Origin: Octopus vulgaris
Taxonomy: Eukaryota
NCBI GenBank assembly: GCA_951406725.2
Contig: OX597826.1
Location: 21,018,001 to 21,082,000, forward strand
Direction: 5' to 3'
DNA: 64,000 bases
Shown here: in pieces, positions 42,549 to 56,142 of the stretch
Position numbering within the stretch: position 1 is the stretch's first letter
How the letters are laid out: each line of letters opens with the position of its first letter
Made by a program: the position numbers and the translations under genes
The notes under the pieces: generated by a model
Told to the model about the DNA's origin: nothing
Databases searched by the model: none
Seen by the model: only the letters and a program-made list of their open reading frames with translations

Positions 42549-43447
42549 ATATATACCGATAGGTTACGTATATCATATCATACTTTGATACTGTGTGAAC
42601 AGGCCCCTTTTGACAAATCCCTGATATTTAAAAATAGTGTTAACACTTAGGGTATGCAAATTAATCATTCCAGTTTTCGGGAGGTTCTGTAATGGTTGAG
42701 TATATAAGCAGATTAGTTGCTTGTTTCTCTGGGATTGGTCAAAGTGATGTAGACACCACTAATGGGAATCCAGTAAGCTTCGAAAAACGAGAAACGCTGT
42801 TCCTTACCTTCGAGTCTAAGGCTTAGACTGTTATACTACGGAGAAACACCGAAATTAGCCGTTTATATATGCACTGTATAGATTACACACATATATATAA
42901 GTAACGAGAGAAAGAATTCCCAATCTGCAATCGAAATGTTGAATGGTAAGACGAACCGAGATTAATAGAGCAGGTTAATGGATCTACCACTAACTGCCCC
43001 AAAATGAAATCAAATATCACAAAAAACTATGGTTATCTGCAAGGAATTAGTTTCTGTGAATAGTCCTGAAATTTAGTTCTTTCTGTCGTTCTTCCAATTG
43101 CATTCGCCTCTCGTTAAATATTTTTTATATTATAAATTAGAATAAAGTCCATGCTCAACTTCGCTGCTCAGTTAACAAATTTAGGATTTATATCACATGT
43201 ATATACTCTACATTGCATATAAAATATATACATCATTCTCTGTGTGCATGTTTGTGTGTGTGTGTGACTGTGCATATGCACATATATGTTTATATATACA
43301 TATGTGTGTGTTTATGTGTTTAATTTCGTATCAATATGCATATATGTGTGTCTATACATGCGTGCCTGCTTCCATTTCCTGAGCGCCTATTAATAATAAT
43401 ACTGTAATTGTTCCATTGTTGTTGTTTTTTTGTTTCCCGTTTGGATT

Positions 43448-43478
<31 letters not shown>

Positions 43479-43481
43479 TTC

Positions 43482-43597
43482 TTTATTAATATTTAGCAGA
43501 AGCAAGACAGTGACTCAAGATCCGAGAGTATAAGTGCCAACGCACGAAACTCTCGGACCTTGAGTCACCCTGTTACTTCTGCTAAATATTACTAAAA
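43482..43597. repeat. ~48-bp-arm hairpin next to (TA)n
   Basis: 43482-43529 is the imperfect inverse of 43549-43597, with a 19-nt loop. Confidence 0.85.
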
Positions 43598-43802
43598 ATG
43601 TACATATACTCACATTTTGACTTCTATTCTTCATGTTTGCATCAACATACCGATGTCTATACATATACATACATACATACATACACATATATACCTGTCT
43701 CTATCTTTCTACGCCTCTCTCTCACTCTCATTCTCTCTCTCTCTCTACATATACATATATATACATATATACATACATACACACACACATATATATATAT
43801 AT

Positions 43803-43839
<37 letters not shown>

Positions 43840-44815
43840 TATATATATACGTGTGTGTATGTGTATGCTTACATCTATGTACACATGTATGGATATATGT
43901 ATGAATGCATGTACGTGCAATTATACACCGTGAACTCAAAATATATAACACGCAAAATACAGCAAAAATAATTAAGTTACATTTTTTTTTTTAGTTTAAA
44001 ACTTCAAGAAATAGATATTTCGAGATAAATTGTCTGATATTTCTCCATTTTTGTTTCCTTGATTTCATAATTCCTGTTTTGTTTTTCGCAAATTTCGGTT
44101 CGATTCTATTATATTCTTCGTCGTCCAAAACATATTAATTGCTTATAAAGTGTATCTGAAATGTTTAGACAAAAAAAACTCTCTGTATTTAGTTGTTGAA
44201 AAGCTCTTAGTAGCTGTCACATTTAAATAACAATCGGGCTTCGACTTAAAAGAACTGGCAAACCGTTTCATACATTAATGATGATACTTATGCCAGTACA
44301 TTACAGAATTGTTAGTCTCTGACCGTCTGTCAATTAACAGAATCGCCATTATAATTATTAGAAATCTTCAGAAGCCATTTTGAGAAGGGGGGGAGCACAA
44401 AAATATAAATTAAATAAATTAAACGAAGAAAAGATATTTCTCCGTGACTCAAGCTTTTAATTCAGTTTCTTATTCAAGAGCATAACTGGCCATTTTCACT
44501 TTGAAATTAATACCTTCTTTTTCTTCATCGTCATCATCATCATCAGCAGCAGCAGCATCTTGATCATCATCATCTTCTTCTTCTTCTTCTTCTTCTTCTT
44601 CTTCTTCTTCTTCTTCTTCTTCTTCTTTGTATCCCCTCCTCCTCTCCTTCTACTCCTCCTGCCACTCCTACAACTACTTAGACCTTTATTACCCAACCCT
44701 ACCTTTTTTACTTCCATTTTTTTGTTGTTGTTACTTTCCACATCTGTCACACACATCTACACATCTACACACATCCACATCCACACACATCCACACACAT
44801 CCACTCATACACACA

Positions 44816-44870
<55 letters not shown>

Positions 44871-46649
44871 CTACACAGCCATCTGCTGGCGGCCATCTTT
44901 GCAACGCTGCTACTGACAATGAATTGCCTTGAAACATTCATTGTTCTGGCACATTCTGTGTGAAATAGATGTTTACTCAGGAGATATAAGAGCGACTGTT
45001 CTGTCACCAGCCACTGACCATGTTCAACCAGAAATAAAAAGTGCGAAAATGTGCAAAGTGATAAAACGAAAAGGAGAATTTAATAAAACACTTGGAAATC
45101 AGAGATCTTAATGGAATCAACACAAGTGTCAATGCTATGTGAACAGCTCGCGCCAAACGCAATACTTTATACGGCAAATTCCTCTTTAAATACACAACAA
45201 TTATTTTCACACATGAACAAAGTAAAAGCTACATACACACACAGCCATAGGAACAGTGGAAGCTACACATACACACGCAACCATAAATACTGTAGAAGCT
45301 AAATATACACAGCCATAGAAATGGTGTGAATGGAGAAATAAACAGTATTTAATTGATATCTGTTTTGATAAATAAATACATTATTTTGTGTCAATATTGT
45401 AAACCGAAACAACTTGTTTATAGATATCTTCATCAATTAAGAGGGTGTGAAAGGGCAAACAGTTCAATGAAAGTGTATTGTTGTGTAGTCGTACGTTCAG
45501 TAGACAAATCAGCGAATTAGCAACAAGCAGAAATCAGCCTTTCTTATATATTTTTTCCTCAATATTTTAAATATTTGTTTCCATAACAAATGGTAAAAAA
45601 AAAAAAAGAATCAAGAATTGAAGCTATACTTGAAGAGTTACAGATTGTGAGGAATTATTTCAAATGGATGCTGAGAAAGAGGGAGCAGCGAGGATCGATT
45701 GGTAGAGACGCTAGTATCGCATGAAATGCATTTTAATATTGGTTCCGTCTCTTTACGCTCAGGGTTCAAATTCAACCAGTCAACTTTATCCTTCTGTGAT
45801 CGATATAATAAAGTACTAGGGTATTAATGGGGTGGTTTTAATTGATGCTGTGCCTACATACAAACGACTAGAATGGTACAAATCAGGAACTCTAATGATA
45901 GGTGAATTGACACACCTGTCGAAGAACCTTACCTTAACAAATTCTACTGTATTTCTAATCGGCCCTAATCCACGGAATTCTTGGTCTTTCCTTTTATCTT
46001 AACCTCTATTCCTTGCCCGTACCATTAACAGCTTCTCCAAAATAGTTTTCCTAATTAAGGGGACAAAATATTTTATTTTTCTATATTTCATGGTGCTTCG
46101 TGAATTATTCAGACATTTTACCATTTTTAGTTCATCTTTGGTTTTTCTCTTCTGTCCTTGATATTCAGAAAAATTTTCAATGACCAATTATTTTAACAAT
46201 TCATAACAATAACAAATCGTTTTGATTCCGATGCTTTAAACAATAAAATTACTTTGGTAATTGACCGTAATAATTATTGGAAGAAATCTTAATTATTTTC
46301 CATTGGCTCAAGGATACATCGTCTGTCGATAGCGGCACTTCATTAAACAACTTCTTGATAGACTTCAACGAAATAACAATCAACATCTCCACTGATATTT
46401 TATCTGTCGTACGTGCATGGAAGGTAAAAACAACGTTGACAGGATTCGATCTCAGTAAGGTGTAGAGATGACTGGAAGCTTGTTAAGAAGTTCATTTGGT
46501 AATAACACGGTTCCGAGTTCGATCACGCTTCTTGTTCAAAATGTGAGGCAAATTTCTTTTACAGAAGCCAAATGTTGACCATTTTGGCCTCAGGTTCGAC
46601 CAATATTTTGGGGTTAAAATACGATAAACGGAAACTGTTTATAAACCCG

Positions 46650-46755
<106 letters not shown>

Positions 46756-47604
46756 CAAATACACTATACACATATATGCACACACATACGCACACAGTCA
46801 CATACACGCGCACGCTGTGCCAAGTATTTGTGAAGGCAACTTGAGCGAACGACAAATGAAAGACAACATAACAAACTTAATCAAGGGACGTAACTAAGCA
46901 ACTCGAATCATTTTGTCCGGCAGTTCAGCAGTTTTACCATCCACCATCTACCATTAATAAAAATATTAGAATATTAATGAGAGAACCATTTCTATCATCG
47001 GCCTCCGCAGTTAGGACAAATAGAATATAGATTTTAAGCCATGCTGCCTATCATGTGATCTGTTCCGGGTGGTGATCGATTGCGTTGATCAGATTGATAC
47101 CATCACGGCACAAAATCATAGTAACAAATGTGTCGTATTGAAGTCGATGGCCGGGTACTTCGTCTATCAAAATTCACCTGAGTACCCGTCCACCAGGTTT
47201 TGACATCTTCGGAAGGGGTTGGAAAACTGCTGCTAAAGGCTTAGATAAGTTATGGCTATTTTATGGGGGGAAGGGGCATGTCGTTGCTCTAGGTCCGTCC
47301 AGATCTGCTTAGAAGGCCCTCTTCTGGCAGGTTTTAATCTATAGTGATCTCAGGACCAGATCAGAGAATGGAGTTCTCGCCACAACAAAGGTTTTTCTTT
47401 TCTTTTTTTTTACCTCAGGGATGAAATGACTAATGAATGTAAGGACGCTATGTCTGTCACATCACCTGCTAAAAGTTCTTTTCCAGAATCTTAAGGGAGG
47501 ATAGTTTCTATACCTGGGGGAGAGGGAGGTGCTGTTACTTCAAACACAGACATCCAAGATCGCATCCAGAGGAAAATCTCTTGATTGACTGGCAACAAAT
47601 CAGT

Positions 47605-48215
47605 CATTAAAACTAAATGTTAATTGTGATTATATTAATTAAAAGTATAAGCTAACTGTAGCTATGCTAATTAAAACTGTTAACTGTGTTTACTTTAGTA
47701 AAACTAATTGTTAACTGCTTATGTTAATCAAATGTCAATGTTGACTGTGTCATGTTGATTAAAACTAAATGTTAACTACATTTATGTTAGTAAAACTAAT
47801 TGTTAACACAGGTGTGGTTATTACTATTTTTAAATCTCACAACGAGAGATATTCAGCAACAGTACTTTGGAGTAAAGATTGTTTGCCAACATAACATGGC
47901 AGTCCTGGTTTAGGACGAATGTTGCTGTAATTTAGTCCCAGGAGATTCCCTTATTCGAAAATATAAGGACGCATATCGTGTCGTATAGCCAGCTGGAGAC
48001 GGTGTCTCCTAGGGCTAAATTACAGCAACATTCATCCTAAACCAGGACTGCCGTGTTATGTTGGTAAGCACTCTTTACTCCAGGTGTAATTATGTTTGTA
48101 GATTTAATGTTAGCTGTGGTTATGCTGGTAACACTGTTAAATGTGGTTGTGCTAATTATGTTAAATAATTTATGTGAATATGTAATTGCATTCGTTAATT
48201 TAGTAAAACTAAATG
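47605..48215. repeat. AT-rich ~30-bp degenerate minisatellite interrupted by a MITE
   Basis: Recurring taaaactaaWtgttaactg..tatgtta on both sides of 47868-48082. Confidence 0.65.
47868..48082. mobile_element. Foldback MITE-like element with ~78-bp inverted arms
   Basis: 47868-47945 tggagtaaaga..tcccaggaga versus 48005-48082 tctcctaggg..tctttactcca. Confidence 0.8.
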
Positions 48216-49252
48216 TGAAAGAAACAGCAGAGTCGAATGAGAGTGGTAGCGGTCTGTGGTGGGTTTTATTTTATTACAAAAACTCTAAAACATTTTTTTT
48301 GGCACTTTACCAATTCTTGCTATTTCTTCATCCGTGAAATATATCTCATAACAAAAGCATTATGTTGATAAAACATCTTCCACGCTGAATATTAATGTAT
48401 GCAAACATTAGCTGAGTGAGAAATGTCTTGGCAGATTGATGAGATTTTAGTAAATGTTTCTGAAAAGGGTTAATTACTTCAAAGGAATATAATAGAAAGT
48501 CCATGTAGGAAATCCACAATTTTGTGCAATAGAATTCGATAAAACTGTTTAGTAGGCGTGATAGAGCGATTTGCAGCTTTAAAGACACGCTTTCGAAATT
48601 CATTAATTGATTAAGTTTTATGTCAGCTTTGCCGAAAGCCATTTTGAATTAGCTGATTCATTTATATTGTATCTTTGTAGCTTATAGAATTCACAAGTTC
48701 TTTGTGAAGTCAGATACCATTAAATTTCTAAGGGGAAAATGTAAAAATAAAATAATACACAGAAACAATGAATGAAATATATTTTCGGAATTAATCTAAC
48801 AGCATCAAAAAAGTTCTGCATTCTGGGAAAAGAATATAGATTACTTTTAAAACTATTAAGATTCCTATGAACCATTCGATAATGTTAAATATTTTCACCG
48901 ATCAGATTCTGAAAATATCTAAGAACAAATCTAGAATATTGAAGAAATATGTAAAAATTCAATAAAAAAATGTTTAATCAAATTGAAATTAATTTTAACA
49001 CAAACAGATCGATGTTCTTACGAAATAAATTGCTAAACTAAAATGCAAGATGTATCAGCAAGACACGGATTTCAAAGAATGATTTATAGCTCGTGACAAA
49101 AGCCACAAACTTCACGGCGAGGGTTCAAACTCAGTTGGTTGTACTTATTTTATTCACCCCAGGAAGGGTTAAAGATAAATACGATGCTGGACTGATTTGA
49201 ACTCAGAACATAAAGAGATGTAAAAAAACACAGCTAAATGCTGTGATTCCAG

Positions 49253-49487
49253 AAGGCGGCGAGCTGGCAGAAACGTTAGCACGCCGGGCGAAATGCTTAG
49301 TAGTATTTCGTCTGCCGCTACGTTCTGAGTTCAAATTCCGCCGAGGTCGACTTTGCCTTTCATCCTTTTGGGGTCGATTAAATAAGTACCAGTTTCGCAC
49401 TGGGTCGATATTATCGACTTAATCCATGTGTCTGTCCTTGTTTGTCCTCTCTGTGCTTAACCCCTTGTGGGTAGTAAAGAAATAGGT
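49253..49487 (+). mobile_element. SINE family B with alternative 3' tail
   Basis: Canonical head and core, then atcgacttaatccatgtgtctgtccttgtttgtcctctctgtgcttaaccccttgtgggtagtaaagaaatagg. Confidence 0.9.
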
Positions 49488-49519
49488 TCCAGTCGCCCAA
49501 TGTTGTGTGTGTGTAGATA

Positions 49520-49730
49520 TGATATTCTTTTGCTTCTCCCAGCCATTGGACCGCAGCCATGTCAGCGGGGCATCGCCTGGAAAGGTTTATTCGATCAAAT
49601 CATCCACAGTGAATATTTTTAGTCTGGTATTCTTTCGTTCTCTTTCGCCGAACCACTGACTTGCAGGGATGTAAACAAAGCGACGCCGATTGTCAAGCAG
49701 GGGGTATTACAACCACAAACAAACACACAT
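49520..49730 (-). mobile_element. SINE family A 3' half
   Basis: Collinear with 3460-3660. Confidence 0.7.
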
Positions 49731-50049
49731 GTATTCGTGTGTATATGTGTTTATGTGTGTGTGCACACGCATATGTGTGTATGTATGTATGTATGGATGG
49801 ATGGATGGATGGATGGATGGATGGATGGATGGATGGATGGATGGATGGAGGGGTGTATATATCGCGTTGATGTCTATCGGTGAAAGATGTAAATGTTATC
49901 CAAAACCGAGAAAATGATGCTCTTGTAATCACTTGCCTTGTGGTATTTGTTCCACCCTGGTCACACAAATAGTCCCTTGTTCCACTTGTCACAATTGTCA
50001 TAGTTGTAACCGTAGAACACAATGAGAGGACACAGAAAGATTTCAGGTC

Positions 50050-50300
50050 AAATGTTGGACTGAGCGAGTGAACAATTTCATAACAGTAAGTCTTTGGGTC
50101 AAGAATTGATGTTCGTATAGCAGCGGCACCATTCAAGATGTAGGTGCAGCACTCAACTGTGAGTCCCTGCCGAAATTTGTAGAAGATCAGTAGTTGTTAG
50201 GGAGTCGGCTGTTTTGTGCCAGTGAAGAGGGTAAACCATCTTTGAGATGGATCTTTCGTTGAGGCTATACGTTAGAAGGGGTCTTCTTAGGTGATCGAAT
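50050..50300 (-). mobile_element. Possible CR1/L2-group RT relic
   Basis: Minus LLIFYKFRQGLTVECCTYILNGAAAIRTSILD resembles the LYK...RP.LEYC..IW.GA motif. Confidence 0.35.
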
Positions 50301-50568
50301 GGTGTGACGTCGATGTTTAGGGTTAGGTAGGGGGCAGTCGTGTTTTGTTGCAATGGTGATTGTATCTTTTGCTGCTGACAGAAATAAAATTAACATGAAG
50401 CCATTAGAGACTGCTTTTGAGGACCCTGTTCATGAAGTCGGAGCAGGTTTGTCTTCAGATAGTAACTGAAAGGACATCGTGTCAACGAAGCAATTTCTAT
50501 GTGGTCGCTTGACCGTTTAGAAATAGCAACCAACTGTGCTTCAAATGATTCTCTACTGTCTTAAATAA

Positions 50569-50777
50569 CCCTTTCTACTTTAGGCACAAGGCGTGAACTT
50601 TTGGAGGGGTCGATTGCATCAACCCCAGTACTCTACTGGTGCTTGCTTCATTGACGCCGAAAGGCAAAGTCAACCTTGGCGGATTTTGAACTCAGAACGT
50701 AAAGACGCACGAAATGCTACTAAACACTTTCTCCGCGCGCTTGCCACTCCCCCCCCCCACCTCGCCACCTTCCAACA
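50569..50777 (-). mobile_element. SINE family B inserted into a family D repeat, with target-site duplication
   Basis: gtcttaaataa at 50558-50568 and 50778-50788 flanks the SINE. Confidence 0.8.
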
Positions 50778-51254
50778 GTCTTAAATAATGAAAGCATATA
50801 ATGGCTATGTACTCCTAATTAGACATACTGGTCACAGTTGGAATGCCTTTGATCAATCAGGCCAGATTGGGGCTAAAAGATAATGACTGCAATGAAGACG
50901 ACGATGACGATTACAGTAACAACAACAGCAGCAACACCAGCTAGTACTACTACTACTACAACTACTACTACTACTACTACTACTAGAAATTATTTTTTTA
51001 ATAAGTAAACAGAGTGAGAATCGAACGCGTGTACTCTGCAATACTGCTCTGCACTAAATTATCCATCTTGAAATAGATCATTTGGTTCGATGAAATGATA
51101 CGGTTAAGAGACACGTGATCTGTAAAATTAAATAGTTCCGAAATAGCTGGAATCAAAACAGAGAAATGAAGCCAGCAATTTGTAATTTTATAAACACAAA
51201 ATTATTCATAGAGTGAAGTAATTGTAATTTCTATCTCGACCGTTGGCACGTGGT

Positions 51255-51830
51255 TGTGAATACGTCACTGTTAATGTACTAACATATAATGGTTAGTGTA
51301 ATAATTAATTATTCTTAATATATCAACACATAACGGTTATGTTGACACATTACTTATCGTTATTAGTGTATTAACATACAACTCGTAATCTATTAACGCA
51401 TTACTATCAACACGTCACTCTAATTATATTAAAATATGTGTTAATTTATATTCTTCAGTGAATACGCATATACTAACACATCATTAGCAACGGATTCCCA
51501 CCTCACTATTAATTAATGCCATTTAATATATTAAGCCATCAATTTTAAAGTATTTAACACATCGTTATTAATGTATTAATACGTCACTGTAAATGTATTA
51601 AAATGTCATTGTTAATGTACTAACACGTCACTACAAACGAATTAAATGTCACCATTACTGTATTAATACGTCACTGCTAATGTATTAAAACGTCACTGTT
51701 TATGTATTACACGTTATTGGTAATTTATCATCAATAACCTCTAATATACACGCAGTGACGTTTTAATATACAAGCAGTGACGTATTACTACAGTAATAGT
51801 GACAATACGCTTGCAGTAACGTATTAGTAA
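51255..51830. repeat. ~22-bp minisatellite (aatacgtcactgttaatgtatt) with inverted terminal units
   Basis: Clearest units at 51570-51712; inverted copies at 51753-51805. Confidence 0.8.
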
Positions 51831-51931
51831 ATTTATTAGACTTATTGGTACTGTTTAGAGATATTTCATATATGTCCATCAGACTGTGTATGAACACACA
51901 CACGCACACACACATACACACACATACATAA

Positions 51932-51996
<65 letters not shown>

Positions 51997-52150
51997 TTTA
52001 TTTTAAGCAGCAGAAAAATCAACAAAATCTGTTACTCTGAGTTTCTCGTTGCCGAAGCATATTACTCTACCACTGGTATTTGAGTACTCTTTTTTCCACC
52101 TTGTTTCACATTTATGTGTTTACTCCGGTATATATATATATATATATATA

Positions 52151-52610
52151 CGAGGGTGGGTCAAAAAATAATGCCATTTTGCTTAGGACAGGTATAATTA
52201 CCAACACAGGAACATGTATCATACATCAAAATGAAGCTGGTCCTCTGTGCATCACATCCCTACTTCTCAACATAGTCACCGTTTCTCTCAATAGCAATGT
52301 TCCACCTTCGAATGAGAACATGTATCTCTGCCCCATAAAATTCTGCTGACTGTTCTTTGAGCCATTTCTTCACTACAGTTTTCATTTCCTCGTCACTGGA
52401 CTATCATCTCTTCGGCCACACGGAAGAGGATTTGAGAGGCAAACATTATTCCAGTGAGGTGGAAGTGAAAACTGTAGTGAAGTGGCTATGTTGAGAAGTA
52501 GGGATGTGATCCACAGAGGACGAGCTTCATTTTGATGTACGATAGATGTTCCTGTGTTGGTAATTATACCTGTCCTAAAAAAAATGGCATTACTTTTTGA
52601 TTCATCCTCG
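52151..52610. mobile_element. Mariner-derived foldback MITE, TA-flanked
   Basis: TA-cgagggtgggtcaaaaaataatgcc...ggcattactttttgattcatcctcg-TA; ~130-bp arms; transposase C-terminal peptides on both strands. Confidence 0.9.
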
Positions 52611-53344
52611 TATATATTTGTAAATTGTAAGAGATTACCCCAAAACAATTACCAGTTTGCTCTCAGTTAGGTATTCAAAATATGTTATTCAACAGTTAAC
52701 ATATGAATCCAATAAACTTCTTAGAAGATGAGAAATTAGAGGAATATTCCGTTGAACAATTCTGAATATATTTCCTTAATAATATAGGCTTCCTGGAGTA
52801 TAAATATCAACAATATAAATAATAACGACTACTACGAAGTAATCTTTATTATCAATATTGTTAATATATATATACAACATTGTTACCAGTTCACCCCGTA
52901 TATATGTGTATGCGCACGCGCGCGGCTGTGTTTGTGTATCTAAGTGTCTATGTGTGTATTCACATACACGCATAAAGGTATATCTATATCTATACATGTG
53001 TACATGCATACATACATGCATACATACATGCATGCATACATACATACACACACACACATACATTCACACACATACATACATGCATACATACACACATACA
53101 TACATACATACATACATACATACATACATACATACATACATACATACATACATACATACATTGGTTTTGCAAACGCAAACATTTCTTTAATCATTTTTGG
53201 CAAAACATGCAAACTTTCGTTTTCTAATTATTGCAATTTGAAAGTCGTTCCGTCTTTTCTCAAGTATGAACTGCTATCAATTGCAAATCCAGAACTTCAC
53301 AAAATTTTTGGCAGAGGTCTATTTTCTGGTTTAACGAGAAAGAA

Positions 53345-53421
<77 letters not shown>

Positions 53422-54449
53422 CACTGATTCTCTTCTGTAGTGTCTGGTATCGTTATATAGTTTACAAATTCTTCTTCACTTCATTCGGTTGGGGTTAAAC
53501 ATTATCATTGAATTTCACCTGAGACCATTCTGACAAACGCTGATACATTAACATCTTGTACGGTTCCTTTTTATGACAGAACAAACACTATGACAACTTT
53601 ATGACTAGTGCCATTATTATTATGGTTCGTGTTTCGCTCATCTGCAAATCTATCTATATTCACCGACACATTCATTAATTTTCCTTGCTTCTTTACACAA
53701 AACAACCGACTCAGCACCTTATTTTAATCTTTTCTTCTCTCCCTCCTCCTCCTCCTCCTCTTCTTCTTCTTCTTCTTCATCTTCTTCTTCTTCTTCTTCT
53801 TCTTCTTCTTCTTCTTCTTCTTCTTTTATCTTCTTTGATCTTCGCCTTGCTTCCTTTTTTTGTTCTTTTCTACTTTTTATTTGTCTTTTCTTCCTTTTAC
53901 CTTCTTCCTTATTCCTTCTTTTCCTTTTTCCTTTCTTTTTCTAATTCATGTCATCATCATCGTCGTCGTCATCATCCTCAGCAGCAGCAGCAGCAGTAAC
54001 AGCAGTAGCAGCAGCATCATCATCGTTTTCGTCCTTGTCGTCATCATCATAGCCATCCTTATCAACGTCATCGTCATCATCGTCATCATAACCACCATCA
54101 TCATCTTTTTCTTCTCCTTTTCCTTCTCCCCTCCCTCCACCACCACCACCACCACCGCATTATTATTATTGTTGTTGTTATTATTATTATTATTATTATT
54201 ATTCATAGAATTATTATTCTCTCTTCTTGTTTTTTTTTTCTCAGCCTTCTTTCTTTTCAACTAAAACTATTTTCCTTCCTATTCTCCTTTTCACTTTTCT
54301 TCTTCCCATTTTTCTTCTATCCATTGCTTTTCTTCATCTTTTTTCTTCTTTTCCTTTTCATAATTCATCATCTCCTCCTTCCCTCTCCTTCTTATTACTA
54401 TATTACTACTACTCTCATATTTCTACATTTCTTCGACTCCTTCGTCCAC

Positions 54450-54484
<35 letters not shown>

Positions 54485-54804
54485 GCTTTTCTTTTTCTTT
54501 TTCTTTCTTTATCCTATTTTTACTTAAACGTCTTCCTCTTCCTCTTCCTCTTCCTCTTCTCTTCCTCCTCGGTTTCTCTTTACTATTGACATTAGCGTCA
54601 GTTTGTTGATTTTGCTTTCACCAAAACTAATCATTCTTTCTTCCCCTTCTTATCGGCGCAGCGAAACCATTTTCTTCATTTCTTCCCAATCTCTTTCAGA
54701 GAATCCGGAATATTTACAGAATCCATCAATGCCTTATCAGGCCAATACTGCATGGATAACACATGCCTTACGCTACGTGCATATATACCGACATACATGG
54801 TGTC

Positions 54805-54838
<34 letters not shown>

Positions 54839-54948
54839 CACACCTACTTACTTACATACAAACACATACATACGTACACGTACAAACACGCATATACATA
54901 TATATATGTGCGTATATGTTGTGTATATGTGTATATGTATATATATAT

Positions 54949-54979
<31 letters not shown>

Positions 54980-54997
54980 CATCATATATAAACTAGT

Positions 54998-55048
<51 letters not shown>

Positions 55049-55948
55049 TTCATATATACACACACACACACACATATATACATATACACATATATACATA
55101 TAGATATATACACATACACATATCTATATCTATTTATATCCATCTATTTATACATACATTCATACTTACATGAATACATGCATATACACATACATACACA
55201 CATACATATACACAAACACATACATGCATGCACTCACACATACATACACACATATATGCATACATGCATACATACATACTCACATACATGCATACATACA
55301 CACATGCATACATACATACATGCATACATACACACATACATACATATACACATACATACATATACACATACATGCATATATACATACATGCATACCTGCA
55401 TATTACTAAGATGAAGCAACGATTCCATTCTTCTGTGAAGTCCTTTAATTTCGTGTTTGCCTCTTGTATTGTCCTTGCCTCTCACGAATCCTTCCGGTAG
55501 ATTCCAATAGAGTCTTTCAAACCCGTTCACAGCTTTACTAACGACACACGCCATGTCACTCCCCTCCATAAATACTCTCATCTGCTACAGAGTCTCATCC
55601 TGAGAGGGGTGGGGTGAGAATAAGCTACAACAACAACAACAATACTTGTAGACTCAAACGGAAAGTGAAGGGAACAAACTGAGAAAATCGATTATCGTTT
55701 ATTAAGAATGGTGTATGACCCCTACATGAAGGAAAGAGATAATTATTAGGTCTTTGATTGTATTTTTTTACCTTATTTTTCAAAGGATATATATATTCAC
55801 GTTTTACAATGTGTATGTATGTATGTATATATGTATGTGTGTTTGTATGTATGCATGCATGTATGTATGTGTATGTATGTGTATATATATATATATATTA
55901 GACATGGCCTGGGCCGATACTGGCCAAAACCTTTCTAAGTTATTCTAA

Positions 55949-55992
<44 letters not shown>

Positions 55993-56083
55993 CATATATA
56001 CATATCTATGTAAATATGTATGTATACGTATATATATATTGAGAGACAGAGCAAGAGAGTGATTAGATATGTATTATATACTA

Positions 56084-56142
<59 letters not shown>

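Noticed and set aside
46200-46400. Possible hAT transposase relic (IKKLFNEVPLSTDDV, minus strand)
   Set aside because: One weak motif only; needs an HMM search.
47605-51830. CRISPR-like appearance of the 22-30-bp tandem arrays
   Set aside because: Degenerate units, no unique spacers, no cas genes, eukaryotic context.
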